Positions 54,916 through 64,000 are shown, counted from the first letter of the stretch. The stretch: DNA of 64,000 bases from an uncultured delta proteobacterium (GCA_963789265.1 CAWBKB010000005.1:288001-352000), one strand, 5' to 3'. Translations and numbers: made by a program. The notes: generated by a model not told the origin, from the letters alone.

Positions 54916-55167
54916 ACCTGCTGACACAAGCGTTTCGTCTTCCGAGGATGGACGGGCAAGTTGAAGCTCTCTCGGAAATGGATTTGCAACTGAAAATCGT
55001 GACATCGTTCTTGCCTTCCCGGCAGCCCGCGTTCCGCGCGGGACCGGGCCGGCATCGAACGTCCCGCCTAGCCTCCCGCATTTTGAGCCCCATTGGGAAG
55101 AACGTAGAATGGTGCTTCAGAAAATGTCCCAAAACCTTTGAACTGGACGAGATCGTGCAACGAAATC

Positions 55168-55260
55168 CCCTCACCCCTTCCCTGTCCCAAATGGCGAGGG
55201 GACTATAAGAGCCGCTTTAGTTCAGCTCCCTCTCCCTCCGGGAGAGGGTTGGGGTGAGGG
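55168..55260. repeat. REP-like inverted doublet
   Basis: CCCTCACCCC...GGGAGAGGGTTGGGGTGAGGG. Confidence 0.75.
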
Positions 55261-55442
55261 CAATGAAATGCGCACCAAGCTTAGTAGTGCCACGATTCTG
55301 GGCATCAAATTAGTTTTGAGACAGTTTCTTCAGTCCCGGCTATCGTTTTGTCTAAACCCAATGTCCTGTCCCGCAAATAACTTGCATAACCGGTCCCCTG
55401 ATCCTTTGCACAAGTGTCCGACTAAGCTCAGACGGTCGGGGT

Positions 55443-55529
55443 TGTCATTGCGAGCGCAGAGAAGCAGTCCTACAGGGTTGCAGAATTAGTCCCGGAGATT
55501 GCTTCGTCACTTCGCTCCTCGCAATGACA
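55443..55529. repeat. TGTCATTGCGAG-family palindromic repeat
   Basis: TGTCATTGCGAG...GAGATTGCTTCGTCACTTCGCTCCTCGCAATGACA; same ends as 28671-28812. Confidence 0.85.
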
Positions 55530-55682
55530 TTGACTCCAGTATTGGCTAACAGCAGGACACCACACTAACTTTCGTTTTTGAACTCCCACCTTTCGTCCGG
55601 AGCGGTCCCCAGACTGACAATAGAGTGGCCGACCAGCCTCTATCCCATTAGCCGTTGATTCCAAGAGGCCAGGAAAAATCCC

Positions 55683-55739
55683 TTGACACGTTTCGGTAAT
55701 ACCTTGTAATATACGGCCGTGGGTAATACATAATAATAC
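55683..55739 (+). promoter_or_regulatory. sigma70-like promoter overlapped by four GTAATAC-type boxes
   Basis: TTGACA-18 nt-TAATAT; GTAATAC-ctt-GTAATAT and GTAATAC-ata-ATAATAC. Confidence 0.6.
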
Positions 55740-55937
55740 CTGAAGCTAAAGAACGATGAACGCAATTGGAATAAGTTCGCGGCCCGCATGGGTCAAACGG
55801 CTGCGATTTCGTTCGGTGAAGTCGCACCCTGCTTTGATGTTTTCGAGTTGGTTTGTGCGTGCGACTGGAGTCCGGCTTTGTGCCAGTACCTGTCAATGCT
55901 GTCGTGAATATTCGGTGTAATTAAAGGAGGATGGGTT

Positions 55938-56030
55938 ATGGGAAGGTTTTGCCTCTGGGCATTGGCCATCGGTTTGTGCCTATGCTTTGCGCTTGACAGA
56001 GGAGACAAGAGAAAAGCAGAATTGGGATAA
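55938..56030 (+). CDS. 30-aa signal-peptide-like ORF (small protein or gene remnant)
   Basis: AAAGGAGG 7 nt before ATG; MGRFCLWALAIGLCLCFALDRGDKRKAELG*. Confidence 0.45.
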   Translation: MGRFCLWALAIGLCLCFALDRGDKRKAELG

Positions 56031-56266
56031 CCCAGGGTATTTATTTCAAAAATGTAACATATGGCGCGATGCGGGCTTAGGTTTTCTGCGTAAGGTTTTG
56101 CAGAACGTGGATGTTCCGGATCTTCTTCAGAGGATGATGCTGGACGAGGAACGGATCTCAGTTTGCATTTTATATGGGGTTTGAGCTAGCGGGCCTCCGT
56201 GTTTTGATCGCGCTGTGACGTTGCCTCAGGCGGATGGGTTGAGAGTTCTGGCTTGGGGTTACTTTA

Positions 56267-56289
56267 TTGATATTTCAATGCAATTGCAT
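56267..56289. promoter_or_regulatory. Fur/Zur-family-like AT-rich palindrome
   Basis: TTTCAAT-GCA-ATTGCAT, including the perfect palindrome ATGCAATTGCAT, immediately before the GAGGAGG RBS. Confidence 0.4.
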
Positions 56290-56310
56290 GAATGAGGAGG
56301 AACAGGGTAC

Positions 56311-58110
56311 ATGAAGAAACTAGCCTTGGCGCTTCTTTGCCTAGCGTGTGTCCCCATCTCGGTGATTCCCGCCCTGGGGTGGGAATTTCAAATGACCGGA
56401 TCCATGAGCTGGAACTTTGGGTTTTACAATCAACAGGGGGGTAAGGGCTTTTTCGGCCCATGTAACATTGACGTAGATGACAACGGACAGGCCTCCAACC
56501 TCAACTTCTGGTGGAACGGGCCGAACTTTTCCCAAAATCTGGTCACCGGTGAGACCGCCGGCTTGTCCTATCTTTCCATTGTCTTGGATCCGACCATAAC
56601 GATCAACCCCGCGATCAAACTCAATAGCGAAATCCATTTGGGCCAGTGGGAGAACCCACAGGCCAGCTACTATTTTACCCAGGACTCTCCCGGCACCGCG
56701 AATGCCATGAGTGAAGCCCAGTTCACCCAATTCTGGGCCACAGCACAATTGCCCTGGGGGACGTTTGGTGTCGGAAAGAGACCGTGGAAATTCGGCACGG
56801 GGCTACAGTATGATGGGTCCGACGCGCTCACGAGCGAATCTCTTCTTCTGAACAGCGGATACGGACCTTTCGACATCGGCTTGGGCGTATATGTGCACCT
56901 GCCAGTGAGACCAGGTCATACCATCACCTTAGACCCCTATGACCTGGCCATTTTCGGAGTGCAACCTTACTTCAATTTCACGGACAATAGCGGAGCGTTA
57001 ATATATGATACGCTGGCTTATACGATGTACAACAGTGGCCCCGTCCAGATGGGAATCCTCGGGGCGTTCGGGAGCTATCACATCGGACCGGAAGGAGTTC
57101 TGCGCACGTTGATAGCCGGCGCCCTGCCGCCAGCTACTGCGGATAGGGCCTTGGATTCGAGTTTCTTCCACGGTACCGGGTTCATGAAGTATAACAACGG
57201 CAGATTCTTCTTCAACGCAGAGGCTGCCTGGTTGTACTGGACAGACCGTGTGACGGGTCCGGGGGTGTTCGCCTCTCCTCTCACCGACGACGCAATCAGC
57301 GCCTTTGTTACTGCCTCGAACTATGCGTCTCCGTTGTTCTCCCCCCCAACTTTCCTTCCGAGTGCCCGGTACACCGAGCAGTGGCGATACATGGCGGAGG
57401 CCGGGGTTTATTGCGGTCCGTCCAAACTCAGTTTTCTATACGCCTGGAGCCCCGGGCCGGATCGGAGGAATGGTCAGCTTATCGACAGACAGTCGGCCGC
57501 GTTCGTATGGCATCCCACTTTTGATACGTTTCTAGGAAATTATGACGTGTTCCGGCCGTACAGCTATATTTTTATGTACAGCTACGGCTGCGGCTTCGAC
57601 GCTTTCAGCCTTTCTGCGGACGGATACTTGAGAGACGCACAGGTGCTTGCTACTAGACTCGACTACGCGGTCGCGTCTAACCTGAACGTGTACGGGGCCT
57701 TCATGTACGCCAACCGCACCTCAAACGGATACGGCTGGGGCTGCATAAGCCCACTCGTTCATACCACTGCCGGAATTGGCTCCTTCGACAATGTCGACGG
57801 CAATGTGCACTACAATCTCAATGGCAACACGGGCAATACGAAGCCTCTTGCTACACCTCCCAATATTCCCGATACGGCTCTGGGCTACGAGGTGGACGGC
57901 GGTGTGGACTGGCAGCTCCTGTCGAGCTTTACCACCAGTGTGCTGGTGGGATATTGGCAGCCGGGCAAATGGCTCAACTTTGCGTGCATCGATAGATCCG
58001 TACCGGGTTGGAGGACTGCTCCAAATGCCGAAAACAATTGGGGAACTCGTCCGGACAAGGCCATCAATCCCATTGTAGCGGGACAGGTCACGATGACATT
58101 CTCTTTCTAA
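56311..58110 (+). CDS. Putative outer-membrane porin-like beta-barrel protein
   Basis: Signal peptide (ALG/WEF), aromatic- and Gly-rich strands, terminal VTMTFSF; strong RBS. Confidence 0.8.
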   Translation: MKKLALALLCLACVPISVIPALGWEFQMTGSMSWNFGFYNQQGGKGFFGPCNIDVDDNGQASNLNFWWNGPNFSQNLVTGETAGLSYLSIVLDPTITINPAIKLNSEIHLGQWENPQASYYFTQDSPGTANAMSEAQFTQFWATAQLPWGTFGVGKRPWKFGTGLQYDGSDALTSESLLLNSGYGPFDIGLGVYVHLPVRPGHTITLDPYDLAIFGVQPYFNFTDNSGALIYDTLAYTMYNSGPVQMGILGAFGSYHIGPEGVLRTLIAGALPPATADRALDSSFFHGTGFMKYNNGRFFFNAEAAWLYWTDRVTGPGVFASPLTDDAISAFVTASNYASPLFSPPTFLPSARYTEQWRYMAEAGVYCGPSKLSFLYAWSPGPDRRNGQLIDRQSAAFVWHPTFDTFLGNYDVFRPYSYIFMYSYGCGFDAFSLSADGYLRDAQVLATRLDYAVASNLNVYGAFMYANRTSNGYGWGCISPLVHTTAGIGSFDNVDGNVHYNLNGNTGNTKPLATPPNIPDTALGYEVDGGVDWQLLSSFTTSVLVGYWQPGKWLNFACIDRSVPGWRTAPNAENNWGTRPDKAINPIVAGQVTMTFSF

Positions 58111-58179
58111 GAGTCTCGCAACCACCTGACTCACCTACTCCGTTGTGGGGGATCATTTCTGTTGAGAGGGGTTTAGCAA

Positions 58180-58509
58180 ATGAAAAGGATTCTATTGGCA
58201 TTGCTTGTCACGGGTCTTGTCGCAACCATCGGGTATGGAATAAGCCCCTTTGGGGCCGCCGAAGGTGCTGGTCCTGGGATATGCTCTGCCGCGACGAGTA
58301 CGGCGCCCCATGGCCGACATTTCAGCGGCCTGTCAAAAGCCGAAGGATGGCCGGGCGGAATCACCAGTCACCTTTTCCAGGTGCTCCACGAGTCTCATAC
58401 TTACATCGCCGCGGGTGATGACGAAGGAAAGGCCGGGGACGAAGACAAGTAGGAAGAGGAGGAGCCGGCAGGTATAGACCGCATCTGGGGTGTGGTGCAA
58501 TACGGCTAG
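58180..58509 (+). CDS. Small secreted His/acidic protein with an internal TAG at 58450-58452
   Basis: Signal-like N-terminus; GDDEGKAGDEDK*EEEEPAGIDRIWGVVQYG*. Confidence 0.55.
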
Positions 58510-58668
58510 GGGACCGTATGGTAGCCTATTGGAAATCATCCTGAATATAGGCAAGAAGCCATTTTGCGGAGGCAATTATCTTGTTGATGATATCGGTGGG
58601 TCTTGCCACGTCTGTTAAGTTTGGTCTTTTGGACGGCATTCTTCGTCAACGGGGTGGGCCCAAGCGTC

Positions 58669-58697
58669 TTGACACAGCGGTGTTACGAAGTAATAAT
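58669..58697 (+). promoter_or_regulatory. sigma70-like promoter with a GTGTTAC-gaa-GTAATAA box pair
   Basis: TTGACA-17 nt-AATAAT, about 45 nt before the RHH gene. Confidence 0.6.
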
Positions 58698-58739
58698 GGC
58701 CACGGCTTGAAGACCACCCATGTCTTGAGGGAACTGCCC

Positions 58740-59030
58740 ATGAGCAAAGAAAAATTGGACATCATCACATTCAAGGTCCCTGAGTCCCTGAGAGAGGCTA
58801 TGAAAGGGATTCCCAACAGATCGGAATTCATACGCGCGGCTGTGGTCGCGGCTCTAGATAGTGTATGTCCTCTGTGCAAGGGCACAGGGGTCATGATGCC
58901 TAACCAGCGGCCGCACTGGAATAAGTTCGTCAACGATCATCACTTCGAGGAATGTGAAACCTGCAGCGCAGTTCACGTTGTGTGCGACCACAGCCCTGAT
59001 GAACCTGTGCACGTTCATGAAACCGGTTAA
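58740..59030 (+). CDS. Ribbon-helix-helix (CopG-like) regulator with a C-terminal Cys/His metal-binding domain
   Basis: IITFKVPESL..NRSEFIRAAV, then CPLC..HW..HH..CETC..H..C.H; GAGGGA RBS. Confidence 0.82.
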   Translation: MSKEKLDIITFKVPESLREAMKGIPNRSEFIRAAVVAALDSVCPLCKGTGVMMPNQRPHWNKFVNDHHFEECETCSAVHVVCDHSPDEPVHVHETG

Positions 59031-59077
59031 TACAGCCCCAATTCCGGGGACATATAAGATTATGGAGGTAACGTTCG

Positions 59078-60022
59078 ATGCGAAAATGTTTGGCCACGGT
59101 GATTTTCACATTACTAGTTGCCCTGTGCGTTGGTTTGCCTGCCAGTGCCCGGGTTAAACATCCCGGCAAGGTGAAAGTATTCGTGAGCATATTACCAGCC
59201 GCCTATTTTGTGGAACGTGTAGGGGGGCCTAATGTGGAAGTGAGTGTGTTGGTAGGTCCGGGGCAAGAACCGCATACATTCGAGCCTACGCCCAAACTGG
59301 TAGCCAAGCTGGCCGACGCACAAGTCCTTTTTGGAATGGGTTTTCCCTTCGAGGAAACAGTGACCAAGAAGGCAGGATCAACGTTCAAGAAGCTGGAACT
59401 GGTGAATCTCCAGCAAGGAATAAAACTGAGGTCCATGACCAAGGAAGAGGCTGCGGCCGAGGAGGCGGAACACGAGCACGAACACGGCCATGCAGAGGCG
59501 GAAGAGCATGAACACGGACAGGGTGAGATGGACCCTCACACATGGCTTAATCCTAAGCTTGCGAAGATTCAGGCTGGAACGATAGCGGACACGTTGATGC
59601 GAATCGACCCCAGCCATAAGGCTCAGTACGAAAAGAATCTGAAGAAATTCCAGACCGATCTGGACGCGGTGGACGCCCGGTTGAGAAAGGCCCTCGCTCC
59701 AGTGAAAGGCAAGAGCTTCTTCGTATTTCATCCCGCTTTCGGTTATTTCGGAGACGAGTACGGCCTGAAACAGGTTCCTGTGGAAGTAGAAGGGAAAGAG
59801 CCAACGGGGAAACAGGTTGCGCGATTGATAGATTTGGCCAAAAAGGATGGGATCAAGGTTGTTTTCGTAGAGCCGCAGTTCTCAAAAAAAAGTGCCACTG
59901 TCTTGGCGAAGAGTATTGGCGGGGCAGTGGTCCCACTTGACCCTCTGGCTGCGGACTATCTTAAGAATCTCAAGGAAATAGCAGCCAAGCTGGATTCGGC
60001 CCTCCGTGCCCAGAAGAAATAG
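59078..60022 (+). CDS. znuA: Zn ABC transporter substrate-binding protein
   Basis: EPHTFEPTP, His/Glu-rich loop, DPHTWL, FHPAFGYF, VFVEPQF. Confidence 0.92.
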   Translation: MRKCLATVIFTLLVALCVGLPASARVKHPGKVKVFVSILPAAYFVERVGGPNVEVSVLVGPGQEPHTFEPTPKLVAKLADAQVLFGMGFPFEETVTKKAGSTFKKLELVNLQQGIKLRSMTKEEAAAEEAEHEHEHGHAEAEEHEHGQGEMDPHTWLNPKLAKIQAGTIADTLMRIDPSHKAQYEKNLKKFQTDLDAVDARLRKALAPVKGKSFFVFHPAFGYFGDEYGLKQVPVEVEGKEPTGKQVARLIDLAKKDGIKVVFVEPQFSKKSATVLAKSIGGAVVPLDPLAADYLKNLKEIAAKLDSALRAQKK

Positions 60023-60078
60023 ACGGTTAGGCCGGGCGTACACCATGAGCGAGTTAGGCATTCAATCGTCTGGGGCAA

Positions 60079-60177
60079 TGTCATTGCTAGCAGCAACGCG
60101 AGCATGCAATCCGACCCTTGAGAGTTCTCGACCAAATAGATTGTCTCGTCCCGCGGGACGCGGAACCGGCAATGAAA
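60079..60177. repeat. Degenerate TGTCATTGC-family repeat with an embedded TCCCGCG hairpin
   Basis: TGTCATTGC...GATTG..TCCCGCGGGACGCGGAA..GCAATGAAA. Confidence 0.65.
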
Positions 60178-60218
60178 CCGGTGTGACCACGTCCTTGCCC
60201 TTATGACTGAATAGGAAC

Positions 60219-60983
60219 ATGAACGAAAAGGATTCCCTTGCAATTTCTATAGAGGGTTTGTGGTTTTCCTATGACGGCCATCCCGTGCTGGAAGACGTGA
60301 ATCTTGCCATTACAATAAGTGATTTTGTCTCCGTCGTGGGTCCTAACGGCGGAGGCAAAACGACCTTGTTGAAGCTCATCCTAGGCTTGCTACGACCTTC
60401 GCGTGGTGAGATCCGCATATTTGGATTGACGCCGGAGAAGGCAAGGCCGCGTATAGGATACATGCCCCAGCATTCCCAATTGGATCCGCAGTTTCCGGCG
60501 ACAGTTACGGACGTAGCTCTGATGGGACGCCTCGGTCACGGGAGTCCGTTTGGACGCTATTCGCGGAAAGACAAAGAGATCGTGGCTGCGGCTTTGGACC
60601 AGGTGGGGTTGTACGATCTGCGTAAGAAGGCCTTTTCATCAATTTCCGGTGGCCAGCGTCAAAGACTGTTCGTAGCTAGGGCTTTGGCTTGCGAACCCGA
60701 GATGCTGCTCCTGGACGAACCCACTGCCAATCTGGACATGGTAATGGAAGGGGATCTGTACGAGTTGCTCCAGACCCTGAACCTGCGGCTCACCGTGGTA
60801 ATGGTTTCCCATGACCTCGGATTTGTCTCGGAAGTCGTAAAAAGCGTGGTCTGCGTCAAACGTAAGGTAATGATGCACCCGACCAGTGAAATTACCGGCG
60901 AAATAATCAATGAGATTTATGGCTCACCTATGCGAATCGTGAGGCATAACGGACAGGAGAAGTGCGATTGCTGCAATTTTTGA
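60219..60983 (+). CDS. znuC: Zn ABC transporter ATPase
   Basis: GPNGGGKTT, IGYMPQ, SGGQRQR, LLDEP, SHD. Confidence 0.92.
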   Translation: MNEKDSLAISIEGLWFSYDGHPVLEDVNLAITISDFVSVVGPNGGGKTTLLKLILGLLRPSRGEIRIFGLTPEKARPRIGYMPQHSQLDPQFPATVTDVALMGRLGHGSPFGRYSRKDKEIVAAALDQVGLYDLRKKAFSSISGGQRQRLFVARALACEPEMLLLDEPTANLDMVMEGDLYELLQTLNLRLTVVMVSHDLGFVSEVVKSVVCVKRKVMMHPTSEITGEIINEIYGSPMRIVRHNGQEKCDCCNF

Positions 60984-61816
60984 CAGATGTGCAACACTAC
61001 TCCTTTCTCCAAAATGCGCTTTTGACCGGGCTTCTTTCCAGTGTGGCCTGTGGAATTATCGGGACATATATCGTTGTTCGGCGAATTTCGTATATTGCCG
61101 ATGGTATTGCCCATACCGTACTCGGAGGAATGGGAGCTGCTCTGTACCTTCACCGCGTCTACCATTTGCATGCATTGGTACCCATCCACGGCGCTCTGGT
61201 CGCAGCCGTAATCGCTGCCGTCATCATTGGTCTGGTCAGCCTTTGGGCCAAACAGAGGGAAGACACCGTAATCAGTGCTCTCTGGGCGGTGGGAATGGCA
61301 GTCGGGATAGTCTTCATTTCCCGAACGCCCGGCTATAGCGAAGATCTGATGGGATACTTATTTGGCAACATTCTCATGGTGTCCAGTACTGACCTATGGA
61401 TGCTTGCCGGACTGGACGTCATAATAGTGGCCGTCGGGCTCCTATTCTATAACCAGTTCCTGGCAGTCTGCTTTGATCAGGAGTTCGCACGCCTGCGCGG
61501 TCTCAAGGTTGAGCTTTTCTATCTGCTATTACTTGGGCTGGCCGCCTTGACCGTGGTAGTCCTTGCCACAGTGGTCGGTATTGTAATGGTAATAGCCTTG
61601 TTGACCCTGCCCATAGGCATTGCAGCGCTATTGTCCAACACCATGTGGCGCATGATGGCCATCTCAGCGATTTTGTGCGCAATCTTCACCACATCCGGAC
61701 TGGTGGCCAGCTATGGGCCTGACTATCCGGCGGGCGCCACCACCATCATCATTGCCGGCGCAGCCTACCTGGGAGCTGCAACGATTAGATGGGCTCTGAG
61801 CCGAGGCAGGGTCTAG
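60962..61816 (+). CDS. znuB: Zn ABC transporter permease
   Basis: GIAH..LGG, YLFGNIL, VVGIVMVIALL, GATTI. Confidence 0.92.
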   Translation: MRLLQFLTDVQHYSFLQNALLTGLLSSVACGIIGTYIVVRRISYIADGIAHTVLGGMGAALYLHRVYHLHALVPIHGALVAAVIAAVIIGLVSLWAKQREDTVISALWAVGMAVGIVFISRTPGYSEDLMGYLFGNILMVSSTDLWMLAGLDVIIVAVGLLFYNQFLAVCFDQEFARLRGLKVELFYLLLLGLAALTVVVLATVVGIVMVIALLTLPIGIAALLSNTMWRMMAISAILCAIFTTSGLVASYGPDYPAGATTIIIAGAAYLGAATIRWALSRGRV

Positions 61817-61856
61817 AATATGGCTGAGTTCAAGTGGCCGTTTAATCGAGGCACAG

Positions 61857-63206
61857 TTACGCGTGGGGATTATTGTTTGTTGCAGCCTGCCTCAGAAAAC
61901 GAGTCTGGGCATTCATCACGTCGTTGAATCGGTTTTTGAGTGGAGCCGGAACGGCTTGGGGATATTTGAACATCTTTATTTTCGTCGGATCGATCCGCTT
62001 CCCGTTAGCTATAATTTCAAAAAAAAGATGGTGCCCGGTAGATCGACCGGTAGATCCTACAAGGCCAATTGTTTGACGTTGTTTGACACTTTGGCCCTTC
62101 TTCACCAGTATAGAACTGAGATGGCTGTACCGGCTTTCGTAGCCATTTTTATGGCGTATGCACACGTAGAGGCCGTATGCTTTCCCACGGCCTTGAAAAG
62201 TGACAGTTCCGTCAGCGACAGCGTATACCGGTGTCCCGGTGGGAGCGCCATAATCCACACCGGTATGAAATTTCCACACCTGAAGTATGGGATGGATACG
62301 CCAGCCGTAACCTGAGGTGATACGAAGCGTGTTCAGAGGTGCTCTTAGGTAGTCCTTCTTGAGTTCAACTCCGTTTTCATTGTAATACTCACCGTTGAAG
62401 AGACACGCGGTCTTCCTGCCGGTTTGCTTGCCTTCGTAAATTGCCATAAGGATTCTTCCATACCCGGCAGGCCTATCGTCAGCGTAACGTCTCTCAAAGA
62501 CAATCTTGCATTTGTCTCCGCTTCTTATATCTGATTGAAAATCAATATCCCATCGGAAAACATGGGTGAGCTTGAGAGCCAATTCTCTTCCCTCGTGGGC
62601 AGCCGTTATGGAGCGGACAAAATCGTGTTGGACTTTGAAACAAAGCATTTCCTTCTTGTAGTCCAGGACCACATCTTCCTTCCACGATTTGATGACGTTG
62701 TTCTCTTTTTTACAATGAAAAACACGTGCCGGATCCAGCTCGATTGTAGCTTGCTGGAAGTCGCCCTTCCGATCAACGCGTATAACAAACCTCTTCCCGG
62801 GGGGAATCTCGTCCGTCGGCAGAAAACGCTTTCCAAGGTCAGCTTGGATTACTGAGGCCAAGCTCTTGGCGACTTGTCGGACTTCCTTGGTGTCGCAGAA
62901 GCTGAGCGAAAACAGGGAAAGCAGAGTATCCCCGTTACTAGTCATGTCCGAGATTTCAACTGGATTCCCATTTGGAAGAATATTACACGCTGACGGACCG
63001 CGATCAGTACGAGACGAATCAGCCTCAACTTCGGCAGAATTGGACTGGGGGATATAAGAGCAGGCCGGGGAATTATCTTTGTACCCAAGAAGGAAATCGG
63101 CAAATCCGGCAACCAGAAAAATCGCGGCGATAATGACTGAAACAGTCAGTATCTTCGCGTAGGAGATGCGCTTTGCAGGTCTTCTCAACCCTGGATAGTA
63201 CTTCAT
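61857..63206 (-). CDS. M23 (LytM/Csd3-like) peptidase family protein
   Basis: N-terminal TM, WDIDF, ITSGYGWRIHP, HTGVDY, YSHL, VGSTGRSTG. Confidence 0.9.
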   Translation of the reverse strand: MKYYPGLRRPAKRISYAKILTVSVIIAAIFLVAGFADFLLGYKDNSPACSYIPQSNSAEVEADSSRTDRGPSACNILPNGNPVEISDMTSNGDTLLSLFSLSFCDTKEVRQVAKSLASVIQADLGKRFLPTDEIPPGKRFVIRVDRKGDFQQATIELDPARVFHCKKENNVIKSWKEDVVLDYKKEMLCFKVQHDFVRSITAAHEGRELALKLTHVFRWDIDFQSDIRSGDKCKIVFERRYADDRPAGYGRILMAIYEGKQTGRKTACLFNGEYYNENGVELKKDYLRAPLNTLRITSGYGWRIHPILQVWKFHTGVDYGAPTGTPVYAVADGTVTFQGRGKAYGLYVCIRHKNGYESRYSHLSSILVKKGQSVKQRQTIGLVGSTGRSTGHHLFFEIIANGKRIDPTKIKMFKYPQAVPAPLKNRFNDVMNAQTRFLRQAATNNNPHA

Positions 63207-63378
63207 CGGAGGGCAGCCCAAAGGTACTTTAAACAGTTGGAAATAAGAAAATAGAGTCCACGGGTAATTCGCTTACCCGACTTCGCTATTTACTTATCAT
63301 GGTCCATCCATAAACGCAATCCAAAAAGACCTTCGGCCGTAATCCCTCAGTTACCAGCGGGAAAGTGTCATTAAACCT

Positions 63379-63457
63379 GTGGGGCAGTCCCGCGAGGCGC
63401 GGGACAGCCTGCCGTCAGCCAAGTTAAGAAAAAGACAGGCTGGAAAGCCTGCCCCAC
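63379..63457. repeat. REP doublet with a TCCCGCG-AGG-CGCGGGA hairpin in the left arm
   Basis: GTGGGGCAG[TCCCGCGAGGCGCGGGA]CAGCCTG...GACAGGCTGGAAAGCCTGCCCCAC. Confidence 0.8.
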
Positions 63458-64000
63458 GTACGTGAATGCTTACCTTCGGCCATAGCCTAATTCATCGAAT
63501 AATTGGATCGGAAAGCCGGCGCCCCTTTGTTCATCCGATGCATAGATTTTAAGGGTCGAGCCCAGCTTTTCTTCCGCGTTCATTCCCCGCGCGGAGTCCT
63601 AAGAGACCCGGGACACACTGGACCGGGGATCGGAGTCTGGAGTGACCTCGACAAATATGGGGCGAATCGGGCAAGAATTTTGGCAATTTTTATCCGTTGG
63701 GAGCCAAAGCGTGCCTCCTCATCTTCCTCTCTCATTTCCTTTTGCGATTATGTGCACAATTCCACCAAATCGATATCCGGTTCAAAGTCGATCACGCATT
63801 GGGATGAAGTCGAGAATTCATGCGCCCGGTTGGTTCAGAGCCACTCGCCGTTCCTTCCAGAAAAACCATGTTCAAACAGAACAATAATTTCTTTCTAATC
63901 TCATTTTAACCTGTATCGACAAAAATTTAGTCACTGGAATTAACAGAGATCGTGATTAAGGACCACTGTTTCTAGAAAGGGAAGACTCATGTGTAAACGG

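Noticed and set aside
55020..55530. CRISPR array or IS in the repeat-rich spacer
   Set aside because: The repeats are inverted, belong to different families and are not regularly spaced; no transposase ORF is present.
63503..64000. ORFs at the right end of the window
   Set aside because: No motifs or convincing RBS. A possible start at 63989 (AAGGGA..ATG) has only four codons visible.

Overview
64 kb of ordinary chromosome from an anaerobic deltaproteobacterium. The gene style is Desulfomonile/Syntrophobacter-like, which is an inference. Housekeeping genes: gltX, leuS, lptE, mdh, miaB, rplM-rpsI, lgt, trmJ, dacB, hldD and gmhB. Other content: an acyl-CoA ligase next to a cyclohex-1-ene-carbonyl-CoA dehydrogenase-like enzyme, a glycosyltransferase locus, a ~1,700-aa secreted TPR-CHAT protease and several nested REP-like repeats. 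No tRNA, rRNA, CRISPR array, transposase or prophage was seen. Ten to eleven single-base indels, including two in gltX, look like long-read assembly errors. Best candidates for undescribed biology: (1) a metV-hdrA-hdrA'/mvhD-hdrC-hdrB-gcvH-like operon that may couple a lipoyl carrier to methylene-THF chemistry; (2) a znuACB locus headed by a ribbon-helix-helix protein with a Cys/His tail instead of zur, with GTAATAC tandem boxes over two promoters, a porin and an amber-interrupted acidic protein; (3) a ~60-nt sigma54-promoter/terminator unit carrying an anti-Shine-Dalgarno sequence (candidate sRNA) upstream of miaB; (4) two paralogous Cys-rich outer-membrane-type genes sharing a promoter layout, a ~120-nt 3' RNA rod and a GAGCCCGGCC hairpin. 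All calls come from reading motifs by eye; no searches were run.
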